Shown here: positions 9,825 through 19,352 of the stretch, in pieces
Position numbering within the stretch: the first letter of the stretch is position 1
Layout: each line of letters starts with the position of its first letter
Origin: Planctomycetota bacterium
Lineage (GTDB): Bacteria; Planctomycetota; UBA11346
Assembly (NCBI GenBank): GCA_038213805.1
Contig: JBBQSO010000016.1
Coordinates: forward strand, 1 to 64,000
DNA length: 64,000 nt
Direction of reading: 5' to 3'
Program-made: the position numbers and the translations under genes
The notes under the pieces: generated by a model
Told to the model about the DNA's origin: nothing
Databases searched by the model: none
What the model saw: only the letters and a program-made list of their open reading frames with translations

Positions 9825-9880
9825 GGTCGGAGGGTCTGGAGGTCCGGAGATCCGGAGTTCTGGAAGTCTGGAAACCCGAG
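9825..9880. repeat. Degenerate 8-bp tandem repeat (consensus about RGTCYGGA, ~7 units)
   Basis: ggtcggag ggtctgga ggtccgga gatccgga gttctgga agtctgga aacccgag, upstream of the helicase. Confidence 0.75.
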
Positions 9881-9983
9881 CAAAAATGCTGCGCGATCAA
9901 CCACTTGGACGGGCCCGTAGCAAGGGGTTGTGTCATCGGTCAACACCTCTTCCGAATGCCGCTCCGGCGCACCGCCAGACCCT

Positions 9984-10928
9984 CTACCGCGGCCAGGATC
10001 GTCCCAGCTCCCGCGGTCCGGCGGCGCCGCGCGCCATGGCTGCAAGCGCGGCCAGCGCGACCACGAAGGGCAGCGCCTTGAAGAACTGGTAGGGCACCAC
10101 GGCGTTCAGGCCCTGGCCCTGAAGGTGCTGCTGCAGGCTGTCGAGGGCGCCGAATGCGACGCAACCGACCACCAACCCGACCAGACGCCAGCGCCCGAAG
10201 ATGACCAGGGCGAGGACCACGAACCCCTGCCCGCCGGTCATCAACGGCACGAAGCTGTGGGTGCGCATGATCGACAGATAGGCGCCGGCCGCACCGGCAC
10301 AGGCACCCGCAAAGAGCAGGCAACCAACGCGCCAGGCACCCACGCGCACGCCAGCGGCGGCGCAGGCGTCGGGCGCATCGCCGAGGGCGCGCACGATCAG
10401 CCCGGCGCGCGTCGAGCGCAGCGCCCAGGCGAGCGCACCGACCAGGGCCATGGCCACGTAGGCGAGCAGGTACTGGTCGCCGAGCACCGGCCCGAGCACC
10501 GGCACGCCGTCAAGTGCATGGCCAATTCCAGGCAGACCGGAACGCGCGAAGCCTTGCCCGGGCGCGAGCTGGTCGCGTTGGTGGTTCTGCAGCAGCTGGT
10601 AGGCGGCGCCTGTGCCACCCGCAGCGACCAGGTTGATGGCCATGCCGGCAACGATGTGATCGGCGCGACCCCACACCGTGGCCAGCGCGAACATTCCGGC
10701 GAGCGTCATGCCCGCAGCGACCGCGGCGGCCAGGCCGAGCCACGCCGGGGCGCCGCACGCCACCGCCGCGAAGCCGGCGCAGCAGCCGGCCAGCATCAGG
10801 CCCTCGATGCCGATATTGAGCGTGCCGCTGCGCTCCGCGACCAGTTCGCCACAGCCGGCCAGGACCAGCGGCACCGCCGCGGTCACGGCCTGGGCCGCGA
10901 TGTCGATGGCCATGCCCTGATCACCCAT
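9984..10928 (-). CDS. ABC transporter permease (nucleoside/sugar, BPD_transp_2)
   Basis: ERSGTLNIGIEGLML, GLIVRALGD, GQGFVVLALVIFGRW motifs; start may be ATG 10913. Confidence 0.92.
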   Translation of the reverse strand: MGDQGMAIDIAAQAVTAAVPLVLAGCGELVAERSGTLNIGIEGLMLAGCCAGFAAVACGAPAWLGLAAAVAAGMTLAGMFALATVWGRADHIVAGMAINLVAAGGTGAAYQLLQNHQRDQLAPGQGFARSGLPGIGHALDGVPVLGPVLGDQYLLAYVAMALVGALAWALRSTRAGLIVRALGDAPDACAAAGVRVGAWRVGCLLFAGACAGAAGAYLSIMRTHSFVPLMTGGQGFVVLALVIFGRWRLVGLVVGCVAFGALDSLQQHLQGQGLNAVVPYQFFKALPFVVALAALAAMARGAAGPRELGRSWPR

Positions 10929-12000
10929 CGCCAGCCACCTTTCCTGGCAGCGTGGTCGCCGCGTCGGGCGCCGGTCGGGCGAGGCGGCGGCGCTGCACCG
11001 CCACCGAGCCGACCACCACCACCAGCACGATCGCGCCGCTCGCCAGGTCGCCGAGATCGTGCGGCACGTCCAGCCCGCGCTCCAGGGCGCGCGCGCCGCC
11101 GTCGAGCATGGCGAAGAACAGCGCTGCGGCCGCTACGCCGAGCGGATGCAGACCGCCGAGCAGGGCGACCGCGATGCCGGCGTAGCCGTAACTGGCGGGC
11201 GTACCGCTGAGGAAGCCAGTTACGCCAGCCACCTGCACGCCACCGGCGAGGCCGGCGAGCGCGCCGCTCAGGCCCATCACCTGCCAGCGCCGCGTCGCCA
11301 CCGGCATGCCGGCGAGCCGCGCCGCGCGCGGGTTGAGCCCGGTGACGAGCAGCTCGAAGCCGAAGGTGGTGCGCCGTTCGACGAGCCACAGCGCGATGGC
11401 CAGGACGAAGGCCAGCACCACGCCGAGGTGGAGCTGGGTACCGTCGGCCAGCACCGGCAGGGTGAAGCGCGCGTCGACCAGGGCGGTCTGCGGCGCGCTG
11501 GTCTGCGGGTCGTGCAGCGGCCCTTCGACCAGCGCCCCGATCAGCTGCACGGCGATGAGGTTGAGCAGGATGGTGGACAGCACCACCGGCACGCCGCGCC
11601 AGCGCTCGAGCGCGCTCGCCACAAGCGCCCATGCCGCCCCGGCCGCGGCGGCCAGCAGCAGCGCGACCGGCAGCACCACCCACGCTGGCCCGGGCAGCGC
11701 CCAGCGCGTACCGCAAGCGACCAGCAGCGCCGCGCCGGCCAGGAACTGGCCTTCGGCACCGATGTTCCACACGCCACAGCGGAAGGCGCAAGCGGCGGCA
11801 AGCCCGGTGAGCAGCAGCGGACAGGCGCCCTCCAGGGTCAGCGCGAGGCGCTGCCCGTTGCCCACCGCACCATGCAGCCAGGTCGCGGCGACCTCGCCCG
11901 GCGGCCAGCCGGCGCAGGCGAGCACGCCGAGCAGCACGAGCAATGCGCCGAGCGCCGCGCCGGTGGCCAGCAGCAAATCGAGGAATGCGGCGCGGCTCAT
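10921..12000 (-). CDS. ABC transporter permease (nucleoside/sugar)
   Basis: GVWNIGAEGQ, TTFGFEL, GYAGIAVALLG motifs. Confidence 0.92.
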   Translation of the reverse strand: MSRAAFLDLLLATGAALGALLVLLGVLACAGWPPGEVAATWLHGAVGNGQRLALTLEGACPLLLTGLAAACAFRCGVWNIGAEGQFLAGAALLVACGTRWALPGPAWVVLPVALLLAAAAGAAWALVASALERWRGVPVVLSTILLNLIAVQLIGALVEGPLHDPQTSAPQTALVDARFTLPVLADGTQLHLGVVLAFVLAIALWLVERRTTFGFELLVTGLNPRAARLAGMPVATRRWQVMGLSGALAGLAGGVQVAGVTGFLSGTPASYGYAGIAVALLGGLHPLGVAAAALFFAMLDGGARALERGLDVPHDLGDLASGAIVLVVVVGSVAVQRRRLARPAPDAATTLPGKVAGDG

Positions 12001-13541
12001 CGCGGCGCTGCGGCGCTGACGGACGCGGACGGCGCACTGGCATCGGCGTCGAGCATGAGTCGACCGATCGCCGCGCGGTCACAGGCCGGCCAGCCGCTGT
12101 CGACCAGCCGGCCCCCCTCCATGACCAGCACGCGGTCGCTGACCCGCAACAGCTCGTCGAGATCGCTGTGGATGAGCAGCACCGCCGCGCCGCGCGCACG
12201 TGCCGCCACCAGACGGTCGAGCACCGCGGCGGTCGCGCCCAGGTCCAGACCACGCGTCGGGTTGACCGCGACCACCGCGGGCGGGTCACAGGCCAGCTCG
12301 CGCGCCAGCACCACCTTCTGCTGGTTGCCGCCCGACAGCGCGGCGACCGGTTGCTGCGGGCCGCTGCTGCGCACGTCGAAGGCCGCGATCAGGCGACGCG
12401 CGTGGTCCTGCCAGGCGCCGCGGTCGAGCCAGCCGTGGCGGCTGGACGGCGCGTCGCCATAGGTCTTGAGCTGCAAATTGGCGCTGATCGGCAGGGCCAG
12501 CACCAGGGCCTCCTCCTGACGGTCGCCGGGGATGACGCCAAGGCGGCGCAGCGGCACAGCGGTACGCACCTCGCCCGCCTGGATGGCCAGCAGGCCGAGC
12601 AGTGCCTGAACGAGTTCCTCCTGGCCGTTGCCGTCAACGCCGGCGATGCCGACGATCTCGCCAGCGCGCACCATCAGCGTGACGCGGTCGAGCAGCGGGC
12701 GCGCGCCTGGGCCAGCGCCAACGACGGTCACCGCGCGCATGGTCAGCAGTTCCGCCGCGCTGTCAGGCGCCGGCTGTGGCGTGCGCTCTGGGAGCGCCAC
12801 CGCGCCGCCGATCATGCGCTCCGCAAGTTCGGCGCGGCTGGGTCCGGGCAAAGACCCGCTGTGCACCAGGCGGCCGCGGCGCAGGACGCTGACCGCGTCG
12901 CACAGCTGCTCGACCTCGACGAGCTTGTGGCTGATGAACACCACGGCGGTGCCCTGCGCAGCGAGCGCGCGCACCGCCGGCAGCAGGGCCTCGACCTCCT
13001 GCGGGGCGAGCACCGCGGTGGGTTCATCGAGGATCAGCGCGCGCGGCGCGCCGGTGCGGCCCGCACCATCCGGCACGGCCGCGCCGACCAGCGCCTTGAC
13101 GATCTCGACGCGTTGCTGTGCGCCGACCGATAGCCCGCCGACCAGTGCCGCCAAGTCGAGTTTCCAGCCCAGCGGCGCAACGATGCCGGCGACGCGCCGG
13201 GCCAACGCGGCGCGGTCGAAGGCGCCCACCCCGGACAACGTCGCGAGCGCAAGGTTGTCGAGCACGCTGAGCGTCGGCACCAGCTTGAAGTGCTGGTGGA
13301 CCATGCCGATGCCAAGCGCCCGCGCCGCGCGTGGCGATGCGATGCGCACCGACGTGCCAGCCACCGCAATGGTCCCGGCATCGGGCTGCGCCAGGCCGAA
13401 CAGGATGTTCATCAGCGTCGATTTGCCCGCGCCATTCTCGCCGAGCAGGCCGTGGATGCTGCCGGGCGCGACGTGCAGGGAGACGTCGGTCAGGGCGGGG
13501 ATGCCGTTGAATGCCTTGCTGATGCCGGTCAGCGTGATCAT
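11997..13541 (-). CDS. ABC transporter ATP-binding protein (two-domain, CUT2/nucleoside type)
   Basis: GENGAGKST, ILDEPT, LSGGNQQK and PTRGLD motifs. Confidence 0.95.
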   Translation of the reverse strand: MITLTGISKAFNGIPALTDVSLHVAPGSIHGLLGENGAGKSTLMNILFGLAQPDAGTIAVAGTSVRIASPRAARALGIGMVHQHFKLVPTLSVLDNLALATLSGVGAFDRAALARRVAGIVAPLGWKLDLAALVGGLSVGAQQRVEIVKALVGAAVPDGAGRTGAPRALILDEPTAVLAPQEVEALLPAVRALAAQGTAVVFISHKLVEVEQLCDAVSVLRRGRLVHSGSLPGPSRAELAERMIGGAVALPERTPQPAPDSAAELLTMRAVTVVGAGPGARPLLDRVTLMVRAGEIVGIAGVDGNGQEELVQALLGLLAIQAGEVRTAVPLRRLGVIPGDRQEEALVLALPISANLQLKTYGDAPSSRHGWLDRGAWQDHARRLIAAFDVRSSGPQQPVAALSGGNQQKVVLARELACDPPAVVAVNPTRGLDLGATAAVLDRLVAARARGAAVLLIHSDLDELLRVSDRVLVMEGGRLVDSGWPACDRAAIGRLMLDADASAPSASVSAAAPR

Positions 13542-13575
13542 GGCGGAGGCGCGCAGCTCGCGGCGCGAGACACCG

Positions 13576-14589
13576 TCACTTCTCCGGTACTACCAGCGCC
13601 CCGCTGAGCAGCTGCTTGCCCGCGTTCTCGACCAGCAGTCCCCAGTCGGCCGGGATGACCGTGCCGACCAGTTTGGGATTGAGCACGGCCACACACGTAC
13701 CGGTGGCGAGGTTCTCGCGCAGCAGGCCCGGGGTGAAGGTGCCGGCCTGCACCGTCCGCGCGACGCGCAGGAAGGTCTGGTCGAGGCGGATCACCGCACT
13801 CGCGGGCGTCGCCTCGCTGCACACCGCGTTGGCGTTCTGGTCGGCGACCGAGCCGAACACCCAGACCTTGGTCGTGGGGTTGGCGGCGTTGCGCTCGGCG
13901 ACCGCCTCGAAGATGCCGCGGCTGGCAGCGTCGACGTCGTGGTAGATGACGTCGATGCCGGCGGTGAAGAAGGCTTCGGCCTGCGACTTGGAGAGCGCCG
14001 GCTGGTCCCAGCTGGTGTAGGCGTCGGCCACGGTCGCGTCCGGTCGCACGCTGCGCGCGCCAGCGAGGAAACCACGGTAGCAGGCCAGCACCGACGGGAA
14101 CCTGGCGCCGCCGATGAAGCCGAGGTGGCCGCTGCGCGTGAGCTTGCCGGCGACCACGCCGAGCTGGTATGAGGCCTGGGAGAGGTCGAAGTCGATGGTC
14201 ACGATGCCCGGCTTGGCGACGTCGGCGCCGCTCACCGCGATGCGCATCTTCGGATTGCTGCGCGCGAATTCCGCGGCGGGATTGAGGAATTCGTAGCCGT
14301 GCGCAATGACCAGGTCGCAGCCATCCGCGGCGCAGGCGCGCAACTCGTCGCCGGCCTTGTCGCCGCTGACCTTCTGCACCACCGTCACCTTGGCGCCGAG
14401 CTGCTGCTGCGCAGCGGCCATGCCCTCCTTGGCGAGCTGGTTCCAGCCGCCATCGCTGGCCGAGCCAGAGAGGATCAGGCCGATGCGCAGCGGCTGGCCT
14501 TCCGCACACCAGACGGAGGCGAAGGCGGAGAGCAGGAACACGGCGAGCACGGCGGAGATGCGGTGGATTGCGGACACGGTGGCCTCCAT
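13576..14589 (-). CDS. BMP-family ABC substrate-binding protein (likely purine nucleosides)
   Basis: DGGWNQ, LVIAHGYEF and GFIGG motifs; signal peptide; heads the ABC operon. Confidence 0.9.
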   Translation of the reverse strand: MEATVSAIHRISAVLAVFLLSAFASVWCAEGQPLRIGLILSGSASDGGWNQLAKEGMAAAQQQLGAKVTVVQKVSGDKAGDELRACAADGCDLVIAHGYEFLNPAAEFARSNPKMRIAVSGADVAKPGIVTIDFDLSQASYQLGVVAGKLTRSGHLGFIGGARFPSVLACYRGFLAGARSVRPDATVADAYTSWDQPALSKSQAEAFFTAGIDVIYHDVDAASRGIFEAVAERNAANPTTKVWVFGSVADQNANAVCSEATPASAVIRLDQTFLRVARTVQAGTFTPGLLRENLATGTCVAVLNPKLVGTVIPADWGLLVENAGKQLLSGALVVPEK

Positions 14590-14642
14590 GCGGTGATAAC
14601 TTGCAGACAGGATGCTGGGCGAAGCCTAGCAAACCCGCCGTC

Positions 14643-17576
14643 TCACACCACCAAGCGGTCGAACCAGCTCCGCGCGCCCTCACGCGCCAGGTGCAGGGCG
14701 AGGTCGAACGCGGCGAGATCCGGGAAGGCGCAGAGCTTGGCGATGCGCGTGCGGTTGGTGGCATCGGTGGGCAGACTGCTGATCGCCTTGCCCGCCGAAA
14801 GGCGCATGCGCCCCTCGGCGAAGCGCATCAGCCGCAGCCCGCTGGTCAGCTCGGTGGCGGCTTCGACCGGGATGCGCCCGAGTTCGGCCAGGCGCGAGAA
14901 CATGCCGGCGATCGGTGTGCCCGGCGGCAGCACCGCGGGTGGCAGGCCCAGGCAACGGTGCTGGGCGATGAACTCATGGTCGACGTAGCCGCCCCAACCG
15001 CGCTTGAGGTGGTCGCGCCCGGCGACGCTCTCCTCGAGGCGGCGGCGCATGTCGCGCACCTGCCAAGCGGCGTCGTGCGGCAGCGGCTGGCCGAGCGCAG
15101 CACCGCGGATCAGCGTCAGCGCCTCGTCAGCCAGGCGCGGATCGCCGGCGAGGTACGAGGCGCGCAGCATCGCCATGCGCTCCCACAGCTCGCGCGGGGC
15201 GCCCCAGTAGTTGCGCAGCTCCTCCATGTTCGCGACCAGCGGGCCGTGCTCGCCCCACGGACGCAGGCGCGGATCGATCTCGTACAGGCGGCTGTCGGCC
15301 GCGGTGCGCATCAGGCCCTGGGCGACGCGCAGCCAGAACTCCTCGCCGTCGTGGTCGGCGCGCGGGCAGCGGCCGCCGGGGTCGCAGACGAAGAGCACAT
15401 CGGTGTCCGAGGCGTAGGTCAGTTCACCGCCGCCGAGCTTGCCCAGGCCGATGATCGCGAAGCGCGTCGGGCGGCCGCCCTGCATCGGCACGCCCCACAG
15501 GCGCGCCTGCTCGGCGACCAGGCGCTGCAGCACCGCGCTGAGCACCGCCTGAGCGAGGGTGCTGAGGTGCAGCCCCACGCGCGCCGACTCCAGGCCCTGA
15601 AGGTCGCGGATCGCCACCACTGCGGTCTCGCGCGCGATCAGGAAAGCCAGCGGCGGACCGGGGTCCTTGAGGCCGTGCACCAGGTGGCGCGCCTCGTTGG
15701 CGAGCAGCGCAGGGTTGCGTGGCCGCTGGTTGAGCACGTCGATGATCTCGTCGGCAAGGCCCGCGAAATCCTGGAGCAGCGCGACCAGGAACGTCGACCA
15801 ACCGGCGAGGTCGGTGAAGCACTGCAGGATCTCGGGGCGCGCGCCGAGCAGTTCGAAGAAGGTCGCGCGCCCGCCGACCGCCGAGACGATGCGTGCGAAG
15901 TTGTCGAGCGCCTGGTCCGGGTCCGGGCACTTGGCGAACAGTCGCAGCAGCAGGGGCAGGATCGCGACCAGGCTGCGCTCGGTGCGCGAGCGGCTGAGCA
16001 GGAAAAACGACTCGTTGGCGAGCTTGCGCAGGTTGCGCGCCGCCACCGGCAGGTCGCGGAAGCCGACCTGCGCCAGGTAGCGCCCGGCGAGGCGCTCGTC
16101 GGCTTCGCCCTGGACGAGCAGGGCGAGCATCGCGTCCTGCTCCTGAGTGTGGGTCAGGAAGTGGCGCGCGACGATCTCGCGCACGCGTACGCGCACTTGC
16201 GCCTGGTGCGCGTCGAAGCGCGCCAGCGGGTCGGCACCGGCGAAACCACAGCGCAGGGCGAGCGCGTGGCGGGCGGGCGCGGCCTTGGGCAGCTCGTGCT
16301 CCTGGCGGTCTTCCAACATCTGCAGGCGGTGCTCGACGGTGCGCAACCAGATGTAGAAGCCCTCGAGAATGTCCGCGTGGCCCTTGGGCAGGATGCCGCG
16401 GTCGCCGACCAGGCGCAGCATCGGCAGCGTGGCGCGCGCGCGCAGCTCGGGCAGGCGTCCGGCGAAGCACAGCTGGAAGAACTGCACCAGGAACTCGATA
16501 TCGCGGATGCCGCCGGCGCCGGTCTTGATGTTGGCCTCCTGGGCGCGCTCCTCGATGCGCCGGCGCATGCTGCGTGCCTCCTCCAGGGTCTCCCACTCGG
16601 GCTCCTGCGGGAACACCCAGGGGCGCAGCTCCTCGACGAATGCGGTGCCGATGGCCAGATCGCGGCGCAGCCCGGCGATGGGCCGCGCCTTGATCATCGC
16701 CTGCCGCTCCCACGGGCGCCCGATGCTGTAGTAGTAGTCGATGGTCTCGCGCAGACTCAGCACCAGCTCGCCCTTGTCGCCCTCGGGGCGCAGGCGCATG
16801 TCGACGCGGAACAGCCGGCCTCGGCCGTCGGGCTCCTCGAGCATGCCAATGAGATCGCGGCCGAGGCGCTGGAAGCGCTCGTGCATGGCGCCCTCGGGAT
16901 CGTCCTCGAGGCCGCTGCGGTAGAGGAAGATCAGGTCGATGTCCGAGCTGTAATTCAGCTCGCGGGCGCCGTGCTTGCCCATGCCCAGGACTACGAATCC
17001 GGTCGCGGGTTCGGTCAGCAGCGCGGTGTGGCGCTCGGCAACCAGGTCGAGCGCCGCCTGGACGAGCACGTCGACGATGTCCGAGAGTTCGCGCACCACC
17101 GCCTCGAAACCGAGCGCGCCGGTGACGTCGCCGAGGATGATGCGCAGGAAGTGGCGGTGCTTGAAGCGCGCCAGGACGGTCGGGCGCTGCGCCGGGTCCG
17201 CGGCGGCAAGCTCGTCCGCCAGGGTCGCGCCCAGGAAGCCTCGCCCCCACACCTGGCGGTATTCGCGCCCGGCGACCAGGGCGAGGAACTCGTGCGGGCG
17301 CAGCCGCGCGACCTCCGCGGCGTAGCGGCTGAAACTGCCGACGCGCAGCAGCAGGTCGAGGGCCTCAGTGTCGACGCGCAGGCGCTCAAGCAGCTGCGCC
17401 GGGTCGGCGCCGGCCTCGACAAAGGCGCGCAGGTCGGTCCAGGCGCGTGCCGGGTCGAGGGCGCCCCCGGCCACGGGCAGGGCGTGCGCGAGGACCGCCG
17501 CGGCGGGCTCGCCCCAGGTCTCCACCCAGGTCGCCTGCCAGGGCGCGGGAGCCGCAGGAAGGGGTTCGGTGCTCAT
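14643..17576 (-). CDS. glnE: Bifunctional glutamine-synthetase adenylyltransferase/deadenylase
   Basis: Two nucleotidyltransferase domains (GMGKHGARELNYSSDIDL; GLGKLGGGELTYASDTD), VDMRLRPEG, IKTGAGGIRDIEF; start MSTEP assumed. Confidence 0.95.
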   Translation of the reverse strand: MSTEPLPAAPAPWQATWVETWGEPAAAVLAHALPVAGGALDPARAWTDLRAFVEAGADPAQLLERLRVDTEALDLLLRVGSFSRYAAEVARLRPHEFLALVAGREYRQVWGRGFLGATLADELAAADPAQRPTVLARFKHRHFLRIILGDVTGALGFEAVVRELSDIVDVLVQAALDLVAERHTALLTEPATGFVVLGMGKHGARELNYSSDIDLIFLYRSGLEDDPEGAMHERFQRLGRDLIGMLEEPDGRGRLFRVDMRLRPEGDKGELVLSLRETIDYYYSIGRPWERQAMIKARPIAGLRRDLAIGTAFVEELRPWVFPQEPEWETLEEARSMRRRIEERAQEANIKTGAGGIRDIEFLVQFFQLCFAGRLPELRARATLPMLRLVGDRGILPKGHADILEGFYIWLRTVEHRLQMLEDRQEHELPKAAPARHALALRCGFAGADPLARFDAHQAQVRVRVREIVARHFLTHTQEQDAMLALLVQGEADERLAGRYLAQVGFRDLPVAARNLRKLANESFFLLSRSRTERSLVAILPLLLRLFAKCPDPDQALDNFARIVSAVGGRATFFELLGARPEILQCFTDLAGWSTFLVALLQDFAGLADEIIDVLNQRPRNPALLANEARHLVHGLKDPGPPLAFLIARETAVVAIRDLQGLESARVGLHLSTLAQAVLSAVLQRLVAEQARLWGVPMQGGRPTRFAIIGLGKLGGGELTYASDTDVLFVCDPGGRCPRADHDGEEFWLRVAQGLMRTAADSRLYEIDPRLRPWGEHGPLVANMEELRNYWGAPRELWERMAMLRASYLAGDPRLADEALTLIRGAALGQPLPHDAAWQVRDMRRRLEESVAGRDHLKRGWGGYVDHEFIAQHRCLGLPPAVLPPGTPIAGMFSRLAELGRIPVEAATELTSGLRLMRFAEGRMRLSAGKAISSLPTDATNRTRIAKLCAFPDLAAFDLALHLAREGARSWFDRLVV

Positions 17577-17834
17577 CGCCGTAGGTGCAGATTGCGCGCC
17601 ATTTGCGGCGTTGCCACAGGCAGGACTCTGGCTCCCGGCACGCTCACTGGCCCCTACCAATCATCCGTTCCACTGATCCTCCATGACGATCCCCCGCTGC
17701 GGGATTCCAAGGAGCAGGAATCCACCGGGACGACCAGCGAAGCAGAGGCAGCGATCACGAGCCGCAGCGGAGCGTCATGCGGGGCTGCCACTCTCCTTCC
17801 TTCCCTTCCCACCTCTTTGCGATCACATACCGGG

Positions 17835-18434
17835 ATGTTCACCGGCATCATCGAACACGTCGGCCGCCTCGCGGAGGCCCGCCACGCGCCCCAGGACACC
17901 GTCCTGTCCCTGGACCTTGGGCCGCTTGCCGAGGGCACGAAGCTTGGCGATAGCATCGCCGTGAACGGCGTGTGCCTGACCGTGGCCCGACTGGACGGCG
18001 CAGTCGCCGGCTTCGACGTCAGTGCCGAGTCGCGGCGCAAGACCACCATCCCCGGCTGGGCGGTCGGCCACGCCGTCAATCTCGAGCGCGCCCTGGCCTT
18101 CGGCCAGCGCTTGGGCGGTCACCTGGTAAGCGGCCACGTCGACGGCGTCGGCCGCCTGGTCGAGCGCCGCCGCGAAGGCGACAGCGAGCGCTTCACCATC
18201 GTGCTGCCCGACGACGGCAGCGTGCAGGTCGTCGAGAAGGGCTCGCTCGCCATCGACGGCATCAGCTTGACCACCTGGGACTGCCGGGGCGCGCGCTGCT
18301 CCATCGCCGTCATCCCCCACACCCTCGCCCACACCACCCTCGCCGGCCTGCGCGCGGGTCACCCGGTGAATCTGGAACAGGACATCGTGGGCAGGTGGGT
18401 GGAGAAGATGGTGAAGGGAACCTCAAGACCGTGA
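17835..18434 (+). CDS. ribE: Riboflavin synthase (alpha chain)
   Basis: MFTGIIE start, GDSIAVNGVCLTV, VNLERA, GGHLVSGHVDG, KGSLAIDGISLT. Confidence 0.96.
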   Translation: MFTGIIEHVGRLAEARHAPQDTVLSLDLGPLAEGTKLGDSIAVNGVCLTVARLDGAVAGFDVSAESRRKTTIPGWAVGHAVNLERALAFGQRLGGHLVSGHVDGVGRLVERRREGDSERFTIVLPDDGSVQVVEKGSLAIDGISLTTWDCRGARCSIAVIPHTLAHTTLAGLRAGHPVNLEQDIVGRWVEKMVKGTSRP

Positions 18435-18626
18435 GCCAAGACCCGGGTCTCGAAGTGCAGACGACCGCGCGATCGACCACTCTGCCATTCATGCACGCCG
18501 CGTCTGAGAGACTTCCGCTCTGAGGCGACAGCCAGCGCTCTCCCGTCACGCGTCCCAACCCTCGTGACGTCGCCGCCAACGCCTCACCCCTAGCATCCCT
18601 CCCCAACGCCGGATACGGTCCCAAGC

Positions 18627-19352
18627 ATGGCCATCACCTGGGCGATCTGCCGACGCGATCTGCTCGCGGCCTTCACCACGCCACTGGCGTGGCTGGTGCT
18701 GGCGTGCTGGTCGCTGCTGACCAACGGGGTGTTCGTGCGCACGCTGGAACGCGTGCACGGCACGCCTGGTGATGAGGTGCCACTGGCGGTCGATGCGCTC
18801 TACCTGGGGGTGTTCTTCCTCTCGTTGCTCGCTCCTGCGATCACCATGACCAGCTTCGCGGCGGAGCGCAGCCAGGGCACCATGCAGCTGCTGCTGACCG
18901 TGCCGATCCGCGAGCATCAGCTGGTGCTCGGTAAGTTCCTGGCCTCGTTCCTGGTGCTTGCTGCGCTGGTCGTGACCACCCTGGTCCACCCCCTGGTGCT
19001 GCTGCTGGTCAGCCAGGTCAACGTGCCGCACCTGCTCGCGGGCTACCTCGGCCTGCTGCTGGCGTGCGCGCTGTATGCGGCGCTGGGCACCTGGATCAGC
19101 CTGCTGGTCGACAGTCCGGTGGCCGCGTACGTGCTGACCTTCGCGGCCATCGCGGTGCTGCTGATCATCGGGTTGGCGGGCCCCGAGAGCTGGCTGCACC
19201 GTGTCGGCGATGCGCTCGGCCTGGGCGTACGCTCCGGACCGTTCTTCCGCGGCGAGGTGCGGCTCGGCAACGTTCTCTACTTCGCCGGCGGCACGGCGGC
19301 TTGCCTGCTGATGGCCCATGCAGCGCTGTGCGCACGGCGGATCCATGGGTGA
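18627..19352 (+). CDS. ABC-2 type permease (GldF-like)
   Basis: PAITMTSFAAERSQGTMQLLLTVP and LVLGKFLA motifs; 6 TM segments. Confidence 0.88.
   Translation: MAITWAICRRDLLAAFTTPLAWLVLACWSLLTNGVFVRTLERVHGTPGDEVPLAVDALYLGVFFLSLLAPAITMTSFAAERSQGTMQLLLTVPIREHQLVLGKFLASFLVLAALVVTTLVHPLVLLLVSQVNVPHLLAGYLGLLLACALYAALGTWISLLVDSPVAAYVLTFAAIAVLLIIGLAGPESWLHRVGDALGLGVRSGPFFRGEVRLGNVLYFAGGTAACLLMAHAALCARRIHG

Noticed and set aside
14568..17834. Apparent 1288-aa fusion ending in riboflavin synthase
   Set aside because: The N-terminal part is the antisense shadow of glnE; ribE starts at MFTGIIE (17835).
17577..17834. FMN riboswitch upstream of ribE
   Set aside because: The conserved RFN core is not recognisable; only a small hairpin is present. 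An Rfam scan would settle it.
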